A DNA stretch of 64,000 nt. Origin: an uncultured Candidatus Entotheonella sp. Its GTDB lineage: Bacteria; Tectomicrobia; Entotheonellia; Entotheonellales; Entotheonellaceae. Positions 62,916 to 64,000 of this stretch are shown one piece after another. The stretch lies in NCBI GenBank assembly GCA_965217185.1, contig OZ244252.1, positions 1,536,001-1,600,000 of the forward strand, written 5' to 3'. Numbering within the stretch: the stretch's first letter is position 1; each line of letters begins with the position of its first letter. The notes beneath the pieces were generated by a model, which made no database searches, was not told where the DNA came from, and saw only the letters and a program-made list of their open reading frames with translations. Both the position numbers and the translations under genes were made by a program.

Positions 62916-63336
62916 TCTGCCGGCAGCGGCCGACGCACTGACGGCGAGTACGACGCTCAGTAGCCATGCGACCCGCCGTAGGCAAGGGAACGAAAATGCA
63001 AGTTGAGACCTAATGGAGGGGGGGGATAGGGTTATGAACTAAACCGGGTCACGCCGGACCCAACTCGTAGCACAAACTCGTATCAAATACCGGGTGCTAA
63101 AGTACACCAGAATTGGTGATTCTGAACGTAAAAACATGGACCCGGGAGAATTGCGGCCCGATGATTCAGTCTGTCGAGCCTGCTGTATCAATACTTCGGA
63201 CAGAATTTAGGCCACCCTGTCAGCGATCGTGCCATAGTTATAAAGGTCTTGGTAATGAAGACTACATTTTGTCAGGCTATGCCCCTGGGGCAAATGCCGA
63301 GAAATTCGCTCCGGCAATTGAACGCATCCTGTTGAT

Positions 63337-64000
63337 TCATGAAGACTTGTCACCCCGGTGGTGTCTGTGGGTTTTGTCAGGTCGGTGCTCCGTTCCCTGC
63401 ACCTGTCGGGTTGCGACGTTCATCAAACCAGCCAGGCGGGCAGCCAGGCGGCGAGCCTGGTCGCCTTGGCCCTTCCGCAGCAGCTCCAGGACGTCGGAAT
63501 CGAGCAGTTTCGACCAAAGGGCCTTTCTCGTCTCCAAGCTCGGATGGCGCGCCGCCATGGGCTGGCGCAATTCGCCCAGCAGGTCGAGCATGTCGGCGTA
63601 TTCCGGGCCGAACGTCCGCTCCATTTGGTGCCTTATTCTGGCGGCCAGGGCCGGCGAGCAACCGCTGGTTGACACCGCAATGGTCAGCGACCCGCGGCGC
63701 ATCACGGAACCGGCCACGAAGTTGCTGTGGGACATGTCGTCCGTGACGTTCAGTAAGACGCCGTACCTCTCCGCCTCGTCCTTGAGGTGGGCGGCCATGG
63801 CGGTATCACGGGTCGTCGCGATGGCCAGCCAAGCGCCCTGCAGATCACCCGGCTGACAGGCACGAGGAAGCCAAGTGATACGGTGCTCGTTGGCCCACAG
63901 GCTCAGGTTGTCGGTGAGGGTCTCGCTAATGACGGTCACGGCTGCGTTGGCGGCCAACAAGCCTTGCACTTTGCGCTCCGCCTCGACGTCGCCGCCGATG
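63337..64000 (-). CDS. Precorrin-2 dehydrogenase/sirohydrochlorin ferrochelatase (SirC/CysG N-domain), 5' partial
   Basis: IGGDVEAERK, NVTDD, IAVSTSGCSPALA; frame open to the window edge. Confidence 0.9.
   Translation of the reverse strand, partial: IGGDVEAERKVQGLLAANAAVTVISETLTDNLSLWANEHRITWLPRACQPGDLQGAWLAIATTRDTAMAAHLKDEAERYGVLLNVTDDMSHSNFVAGSVMRRGSLTIAVSTSGCSPALAARIRHQMERTFGPEYADMLDLLGELRQPMAARHPSLETRKALWSKLLDSDVLELLRKGQGDQARRLAARLAGLMNVATRQVQGTEHRPDKTHRHHRGDKSS

Noticed and set aside
63219..63236. Possible sigma54 promoter (TGGCAC on the minus strand; similar word near 25001)
   Set aside because: The -12 TTGC element is absent at the required spacing.
63113..63856. 247-aa plus-strand ORF
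   Set aside because: Mostly antisense to sirC/cysG, with no recognisable motifs.

Overview
This is a GC-rich bacterial chromosome window. The gene mix (F420-type LLM oxidoreductases, DinB, Uma2, DUF29, CocE/NonD, orphan solute-binding proteins, tRNAs without encoded CCA) resembles Tectomicrobia/Entotheonella-like or other sponge-associated uncultured bacteria; that taxonomy is only an inference. Positions 1-43.9 kb are accessory catabolic and transport genes. They include a Fur-boxed imelysin/di-heme pair, a small-protein + PD-(D/E)XK islet, an exported LigE ligase next to an EEP nuclease lipoprotein, and a surface lipoprotein bracketed by a 15-bp direct repeat. They also include an unusual single-ORF MFS-membrane-fusion-protein fusion and an intact DNA methyltransferase beside a triply broken restriction gene. 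Positions 43.9-55.1 kb are core genes: tRNA-Glu, tRNA-Lys, ilvE, a pseudo-receiver/Fis protein, half-length glmU, pcrA/uvrD, gatCAB, polA and tRNA-Ala. Downstream of tRNA-Ala is a variable region with an exported amino-acid/amine oxidase bracketed by inverted GTAG-type REP elements, several pseudogenes, clpB, a cupin and a partial sirC/cysG. No CRISPR array, rRNA, transposase or integrase was seen. The best candidates for something new are the MFS-MFP fusion, the REP-bounded cargo cassette and the exported ligase/nuclease pair.
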